Counted from the first letter of the stretch, positions 39,650-53,449 are shown. The stretch: 64,000 nt of DNA from Octopus sinensis (GCF_006345805.1 NC_043020.1:15500001-15564000); one strand, 5' to 3'. Program-made: numbers and translations. The notes: a model not told the origin generated them from the letters alone.

Positions 39650-39850
39650 TTAGTTAGTTAGTTAAATTGGCTCAAAAGCAAATAGCAAGGCCATGTAGGG
39701 GGACATGGAGTTAAGTACAGGGTGGTGTTCATGTAAAGAGTTCAGGCCACTTGAGGTCAAGGGAGACTTTGAACAAAGCGGTTGTCGGCATCTTCACCAT
39801 CTCGTCTGGCAGCTTGTTCCACGGATCCGCAACCCAGATGGAGAAAGCTC
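39650..39850 (-). mobile_element. CR1/L2-type LINE 3' end with (TAAC)n tail
   Basis: RVADPWNKLP-type ORF2 C-terminus; near-identical to 47700-47900. Confidence 0.65.
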
Positions 39851-40020
39851 CTCTATAGCAGCTATATCTCTCTCAAATCACACCCTTTTGTCTTACATTG
39901 AATAATATACTCCCTGACATATACCAATATGGAAATGTCACAACTGGTAGTCATTTAATCCTAAATCTTTTTTATCGGGACTTGTCTAGGGTCAAACAAC
40001 GACAACATTGTATAACATAC

Positions 40021-40145
40021 CTTGCTCTCATCTGACGAACAGCTTCTACTGGTAGTTTACCTCTAACAACAGAGATATTGACTCCAGCTTTCTCGAACAC
40101 AGTTCCATCTTGTAGGATACAAGTTATGCCGCCACCACCATCTAT
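40021..40145 (-). CDS. CPOX: CPOX exon ([42 protein letters not shown]), most 5' exon found
   Basis: GGGGI.C..QDG.VFEKAGV.ISVV.G motif; cctcAG acceptor (alternative AG 4 nt downstream), GTATGT donor; the 8 exons total 807 nt in frame. Confidence 0.96.
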
Positions 40146-40339
40146 CTGAGGAAAAGAGAAAAAAAAAAGACATCTTATAGTTAGAAGTTAATTAGCTGCA
40201 GTAAAAGAGTGGGTTTTATTTCACATGCTGCAGTGAATTGGTAGAGTTCTTACAATATTGGATAGAACATGTTATTGTGTTTGTTCTGACCTACTGCTCC
40301 CTCACTTCAAATCTAACCAAAGTCAACTTTGCCACACAA

Positions 40340-40637
40340 AAACCAGCGTCCTCAACTGAAAATTTTTTTACATAAATTGTTCATAAGATTTGGCATCCCA
40401 GAAAAGATAGTGTCTGACAACGGAAGACTATTTATGTCTAGCAAATTTTTAAAATTTTGTGAAATGTTTGTGGTAGGCATAGAAGTGGCTGTGTGGTAAG
40501 TAGCTTGTTTACCAACCACATGGTTCCGGGTTCAGTCCCACTGCATGGCACTTTGGGAAAGTGTCTTCTACTATAGCCTCAGGCCGACCAAATCCTTGTG
40601 AGTGGATTTGGTAGACGGAAACTGAAAGAAGCCCGTC

Positions 40638-40675
<38 letters not shown>

Positions 40676-41640
40676 TTGTGTCTGTGTGTGTTTGTGTGTC
40701 TGTGTTTGTCCCCCCAACATTGCTTGACAACCAATGCTGGTGTGTTTACGTCTCTCTTACTTAGCGGTTCGGCAAAAGAGACTGATAGAATAAGTACTAG
40801 GCTTACAAAGAATAAGTCCCAGGGTCGATTTGCTCGACTAAAGGCAGTGCTCCAGCATGGCCACAGTCAAATGACTGAAACAAGTAAAAGAGTAAAAGAG
40901 AGTAAAGGTAGAACATATAACTATGGTGTCATACCATCCCAGATCTAATGGACAGGCAGAAAGCTTTGTCAATACCTTCAAAAGAGCCCTTAGAATATCG
41001 AATAAGGAATTCCTGGATGAGGTACGTCTACAACAATTTTTAAGAGTGTACTGTGTGACACCAAATCTGAATACACCTGTAGATAGCTCACCTGCAGAGC
41101 TGATGTTTACAAGGAAAGTAAAATCAGTCTTTGATAAATTGCATTTTTAGCAAGAAAGAAAAAGTGCTAGGGAAGACAGCAAAATTCTTTAAAATTGGTT
41201 AAAAGGTGTTTATGAGAGCATACAAGAATGGAAAGCAGAGTTGGGAAGATGGTGTAATTACCAAATGCATAGGTAACATGATGTATTGGGTAAAAAGTAG
41301 AAAAGGCATAAAAAATTTTTAAAAAATACAGGAACCAACTGAAAAAGAGATTTGCGGAAGACGAACCAAAGAAGTTGCAGAAACTAATGGAATGGTTGTA
41401 TGATACATTCCAAATATCAGCACCACTGCGGGTGATTGAACCCAGGTGTGCAAGTGAGAAGAAAGAAAACATACAAAGTTCCTGAAAATAGATGCCAAGC
41501 GCAAAAGATATTAAATTGTACGAAAAAATAGAAAAACTCAAAACAGGGAGGCAGGGTGAATAAAAAAAAAAATATTGCTAAATAGAATGACACTTTCTAA
41601 GAAAAACTTAAAAGGGGAGATGCTGTGGGGAATTAGTAAT
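40340..41640 (+). mobile_element. Gypsy LTR retrotransposon integrase relic with PPT and probable LTR start
   Basis: FGIPEKIVSDNG...FCEMFVV[SINE]EHITMVSYHPRSNGQAESFVNTFKRAL; TP..SPAELMF; AAAAGGGGAGA then TG at 41621. Confidence 0.85.
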
Positions 41641-43560
41641 AATGGTACACCCCTGCCATGGGACGAATGGAATAACCTATTCACTATAAGTAAAGAGAAG
41701 TACGTAAAGTACTGGATGGAAGCACTCCATCAGTTATGACGACGAGGGTTTCGGTTGATCCGATCAACGGAACAGCCTGCTCGTGAAATTAATGTGTGAG
41801 TGGCTGAGCACTCCACAGACACGTGTACCCTTAACGTAGTTCTCGGGGATATTCAGCGTGACACAGAGAGTGACAAGGCCGGCCCTTTGAAATACAGGTA
41901 CAACAGAAACAGGAAGTAAGAGTGAGAGAAAGTTGTGGTGAAAGAGTACAGCAGGGATCACCACCATCCCTGCCGGAGCCTCGTGGAGCTTTAGGTGTTT
42001 TTGCTCAATAAACACTCACAACGCCCGGTCTGGGAATCGAAACCGCGATCCTACGACCGCGAGTCTGCTGCCCTAACCACTGGGCCATTGTGCCTCCATG
42101 TAAAGTTCACTGTCACGTAAAGTACTAGAGGACATAGTAAGTGGTCAGGAGATAGTCGTATACTGTATACTGAAATGGGTGTTATTATAATCCAACATTT
42201 TAAGGAATATAACAAAAATCGAAGGCAAACATTTTGGGATCACTGTCGCTGTCCCCATCATCATTTAATGTTGTCGTTGTCATGTCATTGTTAGCATCAT
42301 TTTAACATCATCATCATCAACATCCATTTTTCCATGCTAGTATGGGTTGGACGGTTTGACTGGGGTCTGGGAAGCCAGGAGGCTGCACCAGGCTCCAGTC
42401 TGATCTGGCAGTGTTTCTACAGCTGGATGCCTTTCCTAACGCCAACCACTCCGTGAGTGCAGTGGGTGCTTTTTACATGCCACCGGCACAGGTGCCAGGG
42501 GAGGCTGGCAACGGCCACGATCAGTTGGTGCTTCTTACGTGCCACTGACATGGAAGCCAGTCAAGGTGGTGATGGCATTGGCCACATTCGGATGGTGCAT
42601 TTTATGTGCCACCGGCACGGGTATCACAACTACAATTTCCATTTGATTTTTATTTTGATGTTGATGTACTTGACTCAATAGATCTCCTCAAGCACAGTGG
42701 GTCACCCTACGATCCAAGGTAAGCACAACAGGCCGTCCAGTGATCCAAGGTACTTTGGTACTTTTAACATTCATTTTCCATGCTGACATGATTTGACAGG
42801 AGCTGGCAAGCCAGAAGGCTGCACTAGGCTTCACTGTCTGTTTTGGCAGGGTTTTTACAGCTGGATACCCTTCCTAACACCAATCACCTTACAGAGTGGC
42901 CTGGGTGCTTTTTACATGGCACCAGCACTGGTGAGGTATCTATATCTGAAAATTCAAGAGTAGGGAGTGTTTGAACTAAAATCATTTATTTATCACTCCA
43001 GAAGAGGCTTGAGAATCTGGTATGTTTCTCGTCATTCTTATAAAATAACTGTAGTATTAAACTTTCCACTTTGAAGTGAGCAAATACCACTACAGAGACA
43101 GTCAAATAAGAGAGAGATACAACAGTGAACTCGATGAAAGCATGAAGGTAAAGCTTATGATAAATTTGATGTCAGTACATATCCAGTTTATCACTGTCAT
43201 GAGGAGAAATTTGATATTGTTTAATACATAATTTGATAACATTGTAAATATAATTTGATATCATTAAACATACAATGAAATTGAAAAGTTAAAATTAAAT
43301 TAGAGTCAGTGAATGCGATGTACACAATCAAATTAATTTCAATGTTTACTGGATAGCACATGAAAGAATTGGTGAGATTTGGTCTGTATCATTCTATCTT
43401 TCTGACGAGGGAGTGAAAATGGGAAGAATAAACATATCATCAGATGAATCAATATAAATGGGATTGCAGAAGCAAAGAGAGAACCTCCTGCTTCAAGGCT
43501 GGCTGTGATTGCAATACGATTTCCCCCTCTTCCTTTCTTTCTATGCATGTGTTTGTGTAT

Positions 43561-43610
<50 letters not shown>

Positions 43611-44408
43611 ATATATAAATAATATATATATATATATATATATAAATAATATATATAAATAATATATATATAAATAATATATATATATAAATAATATATA
43701 TATATATAAATAATATACATATATAAATAATATAATATATAAATAAATATATGTATAAATAATATATATATGAATAATATATATATAAATAATATATATA
43801 TAAATAATATATATATATATGCATACATATATGGGTACAGGACATCACCAACACTAGATAACATGAAATCTGAAAACAAATAAGTTAAATATGCAAATAT
43901 CCCACCTTTCAGGTCTAACGACCCTCCATGTTTGTTTTCGTTCAGTATGTCTCCACTGTCCTGCTTTTGTTCCTAACTTTGACCCTTCATAAATCCCAAA
44001 TTTTATTTTGGTATTTAAGGGAGCAGCTATCTTTGAAGACTCATATTGTCATTGATAGTTCGAAATGGGGAGTAGATAGACGACAACTGATGACGGGTCA
44101 TTCTTTGTATTACTTGTCCTTTTTTTTTCTCTTGTTATTTGCGTATTTAACTCATTTGTTTTTGTATTTCATGTTGTTTACTGTTGGTGACATTCTGTAG
44201 CCATATATGCATATATTTATATATATATTATATCATTTATACTATATATATAAACTTACTTGGAAATGGATGCATGGTGTTCAATTAAATAATAATATAA
44301 ATAATATAGAGTGGTTGTATACTGTCAATCTAACAAGAACGTGACAGTAGGGGGTACACCACCGCTGTATAGCCCTACGAGAGATTTAGAAATTCAATAT
44401 TTCTTATA

Positions 44409-44448
<40 letters not shown>

Positions 44449-44555
44449 GCACAAGGTATGTGTTTTGCTAGTTCATGAGCAGGCAATGATTTATAGGCAT
44501 AAGAGAATATTTTCTTGTAATATGCCTGGTATTAAAACACATACTTTGTGTATGT

Positions 44556-44600
<45 letters not shown>

Positions 44601-44636
44601 TATATATATATAATATATATATATATAGATATATAT

Positions 44637-45200
44637 ATGAGCGGGGTAGCCAAAAGAAACCGGAATTTAGCAATATTATTTTATTCACTTAGTTTTACAT
44701 GTTTATACTTTTATCACCTTCAAAGTATTCTCCATTTGAAGTAATGCATCGGTCCAGAGCAACTTCCATCTGTTCTATCAGTTCACAACATGCATTCAGT
44801 CGTGACTGCTTTCAATCTTCCACGAACAGAGCATGAATTTTCAGGATGTTTTCGTTTGATCAGGAGGTCAACGGATGCCCTGCATGAGGTTGGTCTTCAA
44901 GTGACAAGAGTCCATTCCTAAAGCATGAATACCACACATAAATTTGTTTTGCTCATGGTGGCATCCTTGTAAGTTGTTAGAAGCATGACAACTGTTTCAG
45001 CTGCTGTTTTACCCAGAATTAAACAGAATTTCATGGAAGCAAATTGTTCCTTTGTTTCAGCCATTGCAAAAATCATCAAACAGGGGAAAAGCACTACAGA
45101 GCAAAGACATACCATGTGGCAATAGGATTACACTTGCTGCTGATGGTCAGCATACTGATGCCTGAGGGTTGCATCAAGTGGCTTTTCGCAGTGGAAGCCT
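44637..45200 (-). mobile_element. Internally deleted mariner relic
   Basis: N-terminal HTH-like EQFASMKFCLILGKTAAETVVML; mariner-like terminus next to TA repeat. Confidence 0.7.
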
Positions 45201-46635
45201 GAAATAGTGTAAACCAATGAATCTTTAAGTTAACAAATTTCTAGTGAGCCAATCTCTTTTGAGTTAATGACCCTACTTTACCAATGAATACCTAGAGAGC
45301 CAATGTGGAGGCACATGGCCTAGTGGTTAGAGCAGCGGACTCGTGGTTGAGGGATCACGGGTTCGAATCTCAGACCGGGCAATGTATGTGTTTATGAGCG
45401 AAACACCTAAGCTCCACGTGGCTCAGGCAGAAGGTATTGGTGAACCTCTGCTGACTCTTTCACCTCAACTTTCTCTCACTCTTTCCTCCTGCATCCAGCA
45501 GCTCACCTGCGACGGACCGACGTCCCGTCCAGGTGGGGAACCTATACGCCAAGAAACCGGTTCTTATGAGCCAATGAGTCTTGGTTAGCAATGAATAACT
45601 AGAGGGTCAACAAATCTTTAGTAAGCCAATGAATCTCTTGTAAACCAACGAAATTCTAGCTAGTCAGTCTTTTGTAGGCCAATGGATTTAACTCATCAAT
45701 GAATCTTTAGTTAACAAATGAGTCTTTAATGAGCTAATGATAAAGACTCAACTGAACCAACTATCAAGTCTCTATATGCTTGTTTCACCAGTTAGAAACA
45801 GAAACTAAACTGCCCTCAAACCCCATACACTAGCATCTTCAAAAAGACAGGAGAATCTTGTATAGTCTGTTCAATGAAAGTTGATCCAGGGTCAAACAAT
45901 GACCCCTTCCCCCACAACCCTACTTCTAACTACCACTGTCACTGATGCATACTTACTATTTTACTACATATTTTGATGGACAGGGTAAGTTATATTTTCT
46001 TTTTATAGAAAGGAAAGAACTGTTGATATAAAGAAATTGATAAAAATTTCTCTAACTTTCCCTAGTTTTCTTGTCCATCTTCAGTACAGAGGTTGAGTTG
46101 AATATTTCACAGACAATAATTAAGACAGGAATTCATTCTCTGAGATTTTTCTTTTTATTTAACTCTCATTTCATTTTTATTTATTTATTACTCGAAGATC
46201 AAAGTGCTAATGTGATTTGATGGCTTAGATGGTGAAGTGTATCATTCGTGGAATTAGTTTCAATTGAAGAGTGAACAAGTAACAAATTAAATTAAGTGAA
46301 CACAATTAGAAGAATGTGTCTGCGATAAGAAAGGTTTCTATATGTGTCATGTGAGCTCAGGGTATTGGCTGAGCTAAAGATAAGCTCAGCAAATTAAATG
46401 CGTTAAGTACTGAAGGAAAAGACGAACAATGACGGTGGATGGGAAGAATGGAAAAACCAATTCCTGTCTGCTAATGGAGAGATTAAAAACTTGTCTTTGG
46501 TGAATTAAGGTTGAAGATTGATGGAGGTTAAAACAAATGAAATTCATATTAATAGAAAACTAATTACGCAGTATTCAGTTAAGTAAGGAAAAAAAGTGTT
46601 ACCTTTGTTCTGTACACGGACACAATATGCATATA

Positions 46636-46707
<72 letters not shown>

Positions 46708-46749
46708 ATATATATATGTGTGTATATATATGTATATATATATGTATGG

Positions 46750-46799
<50 letters not shown>

Positions 46800-46861
46800 G
46801 TGTATATATATATGTATATGTATATATATATATATGTATGTGTGTATATATATTATATATG

Positions 46862-46915
<54 letters not shown>

Positions 46916-47044
46916 TACACACACACATACATATATAGTATATATATACATACATAGATATACATACATACATACATAACTACAGCTGTGTGTGTATATG
47001 TAAAATATGACATATACTTCATACACTACACACACGCACGCATG

Positions 47045-47093
<49 letters not shown>

Positions 47094-47699
47094 AAAGAGA
47101 GAGAGAGAGAGATGCAGTATATCGCATACATTATGAATACATCAGCATCACACACATATTCATATTAAATATATAAATATAAAATATATAAAGTCTTATA
47201 TTTATTTTCGGAGACCAGTTCTTACTCTGTCATATGCATTATCCATCTTTTCAACTTAAACCAAAATTATGTATGTCTGCTAATATTTAATTGCACAGAG
47301 CACATTAATTCACAGCATGTTTTTACATTTCATACTGACACTACTTGTGAGACTATATATAGCTTTAAAAATCATCTTTATTGTACTAAAATTCAAAGTA
47401 TGCTAGTCTATTTGTGTGTAGCACTGTTTGAGTGAAAACAGTGCATTTTAGCAATAGAGTGATTTGACTAATGTAATCTTAGACACAACTCCTTTTATTT
47501 AGAATACTTTCCAGCATTTCTGGCACTGGAACCCTCAAAAGAGAAGAATTTTGTTCCATATTATATTAACGTGGAAAAGCAACTTATCTCTATTACTGGA
47601 AGAAAGATAATAAGAAAATAAAGTGAGCATTCAGGGAGAAAAAGGATAAGGAAGTCTGAAAATAATGAACCTGCAAATTTGCATGTTTGTATATGTGTG

Positions 47700-47900
47700 T
47701 GTAGTTAGTTAGTTAATTTTTTGGCTCAAAAAGCAAAAAGGGGACATGGAGTTATGTACAGGGTGGTGTTCCTGTAAAGAGTTCAGGCCAATTGTGGTCA
47801 AGGGAGACTTTTAACTGAGCGGTCGTCGGCATCTTCACTATCTCGTTCGGCAGCTTATTCCACGGATTCGCAACCCGGACGGAGAAAGCCCCTCTCCTTT
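47700..47900 (-). mobile_element. CR1/L2-type LINE 3' end
   Basis: FSVRVANPWNKLPNEIVK; (TAAC)n tail. Confidence 0.7.
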
Positions 47901-48007
47901 GATTGAGATGAAATCGTCGCAGATAGAGCTATGTATTTACAATTGTAGATGTGTATGTGTATGAATGTATACATAAACACAGAGTGTTTGTGTATACATA
48001 CATGCAC

Positions 48008-50060
48008 ACAGGGTGGCCCCCAAAAATGTATATGCACTTTAACTGTTGATAACTTTCTTTTCATTTCTTTTCAGATTTATCCCAGACACAGTTTTGAACA
48101 AAGGGAATTTATCATAAGGTGTTATTGGGAATTTGCAAAGGTAGTCAAAGTGCAAAAACAGTTTAGGTGGGTGTTTCAGACAAATCCTTCAACACAACTT
48201 ACCTTCACTTAAATTAAAGAAAAGTTTGAAACAGCTGTTACTGCTAAGAATATTCATGAGAAATGTTCCAAAGAGACTGTGGACATTGATGATCTCCCAC
48301 AAAGCATGAAAAGATACTTGAAATGTATTCCCAGAGTTCAAGAAAATCTGTACATAAAGGGAGTTGTGAGACTGGAATTTCAAAATCAAGCATCTCTTTA
48401 CTCTTTCTTACTCTTTTTACTTGTTTCAGTCATTTGACTGCGGCCATGCTGGAGCACCACCTTTAGTCGAGCAAATCGACGCCGGGACTTATTCTTTGTA
48501 AGCCCAGTACTTATTCTATCGGTCTCTTTTGCCGAACCGCTAAGTGACGGGGACGCAAACACACCAGCATCGGTTGTCAAGCAATGCTAGGGGGACAAAC
48601 ACAGATACACAAACACATACACACACACACATACACATATATATACATATATACGACAGGCTTCTTTCAGTTTCTGTCTACCAAATCCACTCACAAGGCA
48701 TTGGTCGGCCCGGGGCTATAGTAGAAGACACTTGCCCAAGATGCCACGCAGTGGGACTGAACCCGGAACCATGTGGTTGGTTAGCAAGCTACTTACCACA
48801 CAGCCACTCCTGCGCCTATTGCATTTTGAAACACTATAATTGGTAAAGTTGCATTCCAAGAATAGTTCATGCATTTAATGAAGGGAATCCAGACCGAAGT
48901 GTGGAGTTTTGCAAGTGATACTTGGTAAGATAAGATGTGTAGAAGATGCACACTTTCAAACAAAGATTGTTTGGAGTGATGAGGACAAGTTTAGATTAAA
49001 GGGCTCAATTAACCACCACAGTTGCACCAACTTGGAACCTGACAATTCACACGTTATAGAGGTACATCATGTTTTATCATCAAAAGAATTGGACCATTCC
49101 TTTTATGATGGTGCTGTGAACAGTCCCATTTACTTGAACGTGCTACAACAGTCTGTCATGTCAAGCACTCAAGAGGACCTTGAAGATGTTTGAGGTTTAT
49201 TTCTTGCAAGAAAGGGCATCTCCACACTATCACAGTAATGTGAGTCTGTCATGTCAAGCACTCAAGAGGACCTTGAAGATGTTTGAGGTTTATTTCTTGC
49301 AAGAAAGGGCATCTCCACACTATCACAGTAATGTGAGGATCTACCTTGATTAGATTTTGTCAAACAGGTGGGCTGAACAAAGGGGTTCAGTAGAATACCC
49401 GGATCTTTTCGGTTTGAACGGCAGTTTTTTCTAGCGGTGTCATATGAAATTGTCACCCATAATTATGACCCTAGTATCGATCTATTGCATTTCAATCTGT
49501 TTTAGGGTTAGGGTTAGGGGTGGGGGGAAGGGTATCTTTTTTTTTCTTCACAAATGTAAATAAACCCAATCTGTTTCTTAAACGAGGGACATATTCATAT
49601 GGCACAGAATATTTTTTTACCTCAATAGACGTATTTGATTGGTTGAAATTGCAGAAATTGAAGAAAAAAAACAACAAATATCTTACAAACTATAGAATTT
49701 TTTCAATAAAGCCAAGAGAAAAAAATGTTTTATAAACACATTCTACCAGTATACGAAGTTAAAAATTTTTTAGTTACCTAGAAATTATGTTAAAAACTGC
49801 CGTTCAAACTGAAAAGATCCGAATACCCTCCATATTTATTGCACCTCACACCATTAGACATTTTTTATGGGAGTACTAACAAAAAAAAACTGTTAAAGTT
49901 TATGGTACAAAACTGACAACAGTCGATGAATTATGGACAACCATTGGCTGAGAATGCTCACAAATAGCAAATGAAAGACGTTTTGATGCTTTTGTTTCCA
50001 TTGCTTCATATTATCAGCAGAGCCTGGAGCTGAATAATCATCAGTTTAAAAGCAGGCATT
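48008..50060 (+). mobile_element. Degenerate Tc1/mariner-superfamily element interrupted by a SINE and a MITE
   Basis: CAGGGTG terminus; QREFIIRCYW HTH; IVWSDE; decayed EYPP..LTPLDFFLWG motif rejoined across the MITE. Confidence 0.7.
49401..49820. mobile_element. MITE, family GGATCTTTTCGG, 8-bp TSD
   Basis: TIRs; TSD GAATACCC; nested in the Tc1/mariner relic. Confidence 0.9.
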
Positions 50061-50103
50061 CAGAGAAAAATTAAATTCTGTTGGTAGATTCCATTAACAT
50101 TAT

Positions 50104-50577
50104 TTTACATTATTTACAGTTGATGGATATTTGTCCTCATCTTGTTTGTTGTTAACATAACGTTTTGGCTGATATACCCTCCAGCCTTCATCAGGTGTCT
50201 TGGGGAAATTTTGAACCTGTGTTCTCAATCCTAAGGTATTTTTCGATGTCATTATTATTATTATTATTCAAGTCACTGCCTGGAATCAAACTCGGAATCT
50301 TGGGGTTAGTAGCCATGCTCTTAACTACTACACCATATGCCCGTGGTGTAGTGGTTAAGAGCATGGGCTACTAACCCCAAGATTCCGAGTTCAATTCCAG
50401 GCAGTGACATGAATAATAATAATAATAATAATAACATCGAAAAATACATTAGGAATAAGAACCCAGGCTCATAATTTCCCCAAGATACTTGATGATGGCT
50501 GGAGGGTATATCAGCTGAAACGTGTTAACAACAAACAAGATGAGGACAAATATCTGTCAACTGTAAATAATGTAAAT
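50104..50577. mobile_element. Palindromic element: head-to-head tRNA-like heads, (AAT)n, then hammerhead-bearing Penelope-like tails
   Basis: Arms of about 230 bp centred near 50338; A box TGGTGTAGTGG, B box GAGTTCAATTCC; (C/T)TGATGA-ggctg...cagc(c/t)-(G/A)AAAC in each arm. Confidence 0.65.
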
Positions 50578-51173
50578 AATGTACATAATTCCTCATCTCT
50601 TAAATATAGAACCGGATTCCATTAAGTTTTCAAAATGAAGTATATCTTAATAAGCAACAACTTAATAGGCACAGGTGTAGCTATAGGAGCAGGCATGGCT
50701 GTGTGGTAAGGAGTTTGCTTCCATACCATATAGTTTTGAGTTTGATTCCACTGTGTTGCACCCTGGGAAAGTGTCTTCTATAACCCTGGGTCAAATAAAG
50801 CCTTGTGAGTGGATTTAGAAGACAGAAACTAAGGTCATTGAATACACACACACACGCGCATGCACACACACATGCACACATGTATATATGTGTCTTTGTG
50901 TTTGTTCCCCACCTCCACTTGACAACTGGTGTTGGTTTGTTTATGTTCCCAAAACTTAGTGGTTCAGCAAAAGTAATAAAAAAAAAAAATGAGTACCAAG
51001 TTTTAGAAAAAAAAAAACAAGCATTGGAGTTGATTCGTTCAACTTAAAACCTTTCAAGGTGGTGCTCCAGCATGGCTACAGTCCAAGGACTGAAATAAGT
51101 AAAATATAAAAAAAGTAATAATCATTTAATCATTCAATGTTTGTTTAAATCCCTTTTTGGACACTATGTATGT

Positions 51174-51219
<46 letters not shown>

Positions 51220-51248
51220 TGTGTGTGTATGTGTGTGTGTGTGTATGT

Positions 51249-51280
<32 letters not shown>

Positions 51281-51357
51281 ATACATATAGTTAATCCAAA
51301 CATGAAAGCACAACAACGCGAGGACGTGGAACAAGTATAGTGTTATTGGATGCTCAG

Positions 51358-51490
<133 letters not shown>

Positions 51491-51661
51491 AAGGAAAAAA
51501 GGATGATTAGAAAATCCAGGCAGATAACAACAAAGCACTCAGTTTTAAATGAATTTGATTAACTATATCCGACACCAGTAAATGTAAGTTGAATACACAT
51601 GCAAGGTAATTCCTCATGTATCACAAATAGATCCAATACACACACACACATATATATGTAA

Positions 51662-51697
<36 letters not shown>

Positions 51698-51771
51698 GAG
51701 AGATTCTGTTTGTTTGTCCCATAAAATGAAAGTAAATGGTTCAAGGGAGGCAACACTAATTGTGCACCTAC

Positions 51772-51912
51772 CTAACGCATAATGTACAATACTTTTACGG
51801 TATGAACAGTCATGTTCCACTTGACCTGCAGCATTTTCAGTGCCATCGCAGTCACCTGGATTCCATAAAGCTATTCTTTTATATGATATATCCACTTTTC
51901 TAGCTTCTTGGC
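51772..51912 (-). other. Candidate 141-nt phase 1-1 cassette exon of unknown product (QEARKVDISYKRIALWNPGDCDGTENAAGQVEHDCSYRKSIVHYALG)
   Basis: Pyrimidine tract plus CAG acceptor, G/GTAGGT donor, single open frame, length divisible by 3; no homology recognised. Confidence 0.3.
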
Positions 51913-52194
51913 CTGAGAAACAGTAAAAGTAATTACCTGAGAAACAGTAAAAGTAATTACCTGATCAATGACGGGTGTTACTGCTAGTATATAATATATC
52001 TTTTGTCTTTTACAGGTTTCGGCAAAAGGCTGGGGCCATGCTGGAGCACTGCCTTTAGTCAAGCTTTGTAAGCCTAGTACTTATTCTATTGGTCTCTTTG
52101 GCCGAACCACTAAGTTACGGGGACGTAAACACACCAGCATCAGTTGTCAAGCAATGTTGGGGGGGGGGGGACAAACAGAGACACACAAACATGT

Positions 52195-52239
<45 letters not shown>

Positions 52240-52242
<3 letters not shown>

Positions 52243-52601
52243 TTGCGTCAGAAATTAATTAGCACTTCTCAAATTTCTACATTAAATAGGTTAAATCAAT
52301 TAACCTATGAGCTGTTCAAAACGTCTTACGCGATGAGAAAACTTAGTATGGTGTGATTTCAGTCCTTGCGAGGCGCTACCTATATCTATTAAACAAAGGA
52401 AGATTTGTCTGCATCCGCACTGCTATGTCAACATCATAAGGCTGTAGACTCTCAAACTGCTCTGCAAACAAAGTTACGTCATCGTTCTGCGCAACAGTGA
52501 ACTCGCAACAAAGCAATAGTTCGAGATATGGCCACTAGGTGACAGCACATACCTTGAGTGAAGAGCAAATCAAGGGTGCTAATTAATTTCTGACGGTAGT
52601 G
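52240..52601 (-). mobile_element. 362-bp internal-deletion derivative (MITE) of the Tc1 at 22200
   Basis: Reverse complement matches about 320 bp of the Tc1 left end plus about 45 bp of the right end; TA on both sides. Confidence 0.9.
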
Positions 52602-53449
52602 TATACATATATACGAAGGGCTTCTTTCAGTTTCTGTCTACCAAATCTACTCACAAGGCTTTGGACGGCCCGAGGTTATAGCAGAAGACATTTGCCCAAG
52701 GTGCCATGCAATGGGACTGAACCTGGAATCATGTGGTTCGTAAGCAAGCTACTTACCACACAGCCATTCCTACGCCTATACTAGTGATGATGATGATGAT
52801 GATAGCAATAGTGTTGATGATGTTGGTATTAATGGTAATGATGTTAGTGGTGATGATGATGGTAACATAGAAGATGTTGGCGATGCAGTTGATGGTGGTA
52901 AGACCTGACAAATGAAGTGAGTTCATGGCTTGCAGGATGGCCTGCTGTGCTAACCTTGGATCGTAGAGTGACCCGCTGTTCTTGAGGAGACCTATTGAGT
53001 TAAGTATGTCAGCATCAAAATAAAAATTCAAATGGAAATTGTAGTTAAGACATCTGTGCCGGTGACACGTAAAAAGCACCGTCCGAACACGGCAGATACC
53101 AGCGTTGCCTGACTGGCGTCCGTGTCGATGACACGTAAAAGCACCAACTGATCATGGCCATTTGCCAACCTGCTCTGGCCACTGTGCCGGTGGCACGTAA
53201 AACACACCCACTACACTCACAGAGTGGTTGGCATTAGGAAGGGCATCCAGCTGTAGAAACACTGCCAAATCAGACTAGAGCCTGGTGCAGCCTCCATGGC
53301 TTACCAGACCCCAGTCGAACCGTCCAACCCATGCTAGCATGGAAAACGGACGTTAAACTATGATGATGATAACAATATGAAATCAAATGAAACTAAAAGT
53401 AATTTATTACCTTATCATATTATATCTATTTGACAGACACAACTGTTGC

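Noticed and set aside
50343-50408. tRNA gene candidates here and at SINE heads (about 9010-9083, 21990-22060, 26851-26925)
   Set aside because: A/B boxes present but no complete cloverleaf or T-run terminator; they continue into repeat bodies
51614-51895. AAGQVEH and CSYRKSIV resembling Ras TAGQEE and DSYRKQVV
   Set aside because: Motifs are in the wrong order and too weak; not treated as a Ras exon
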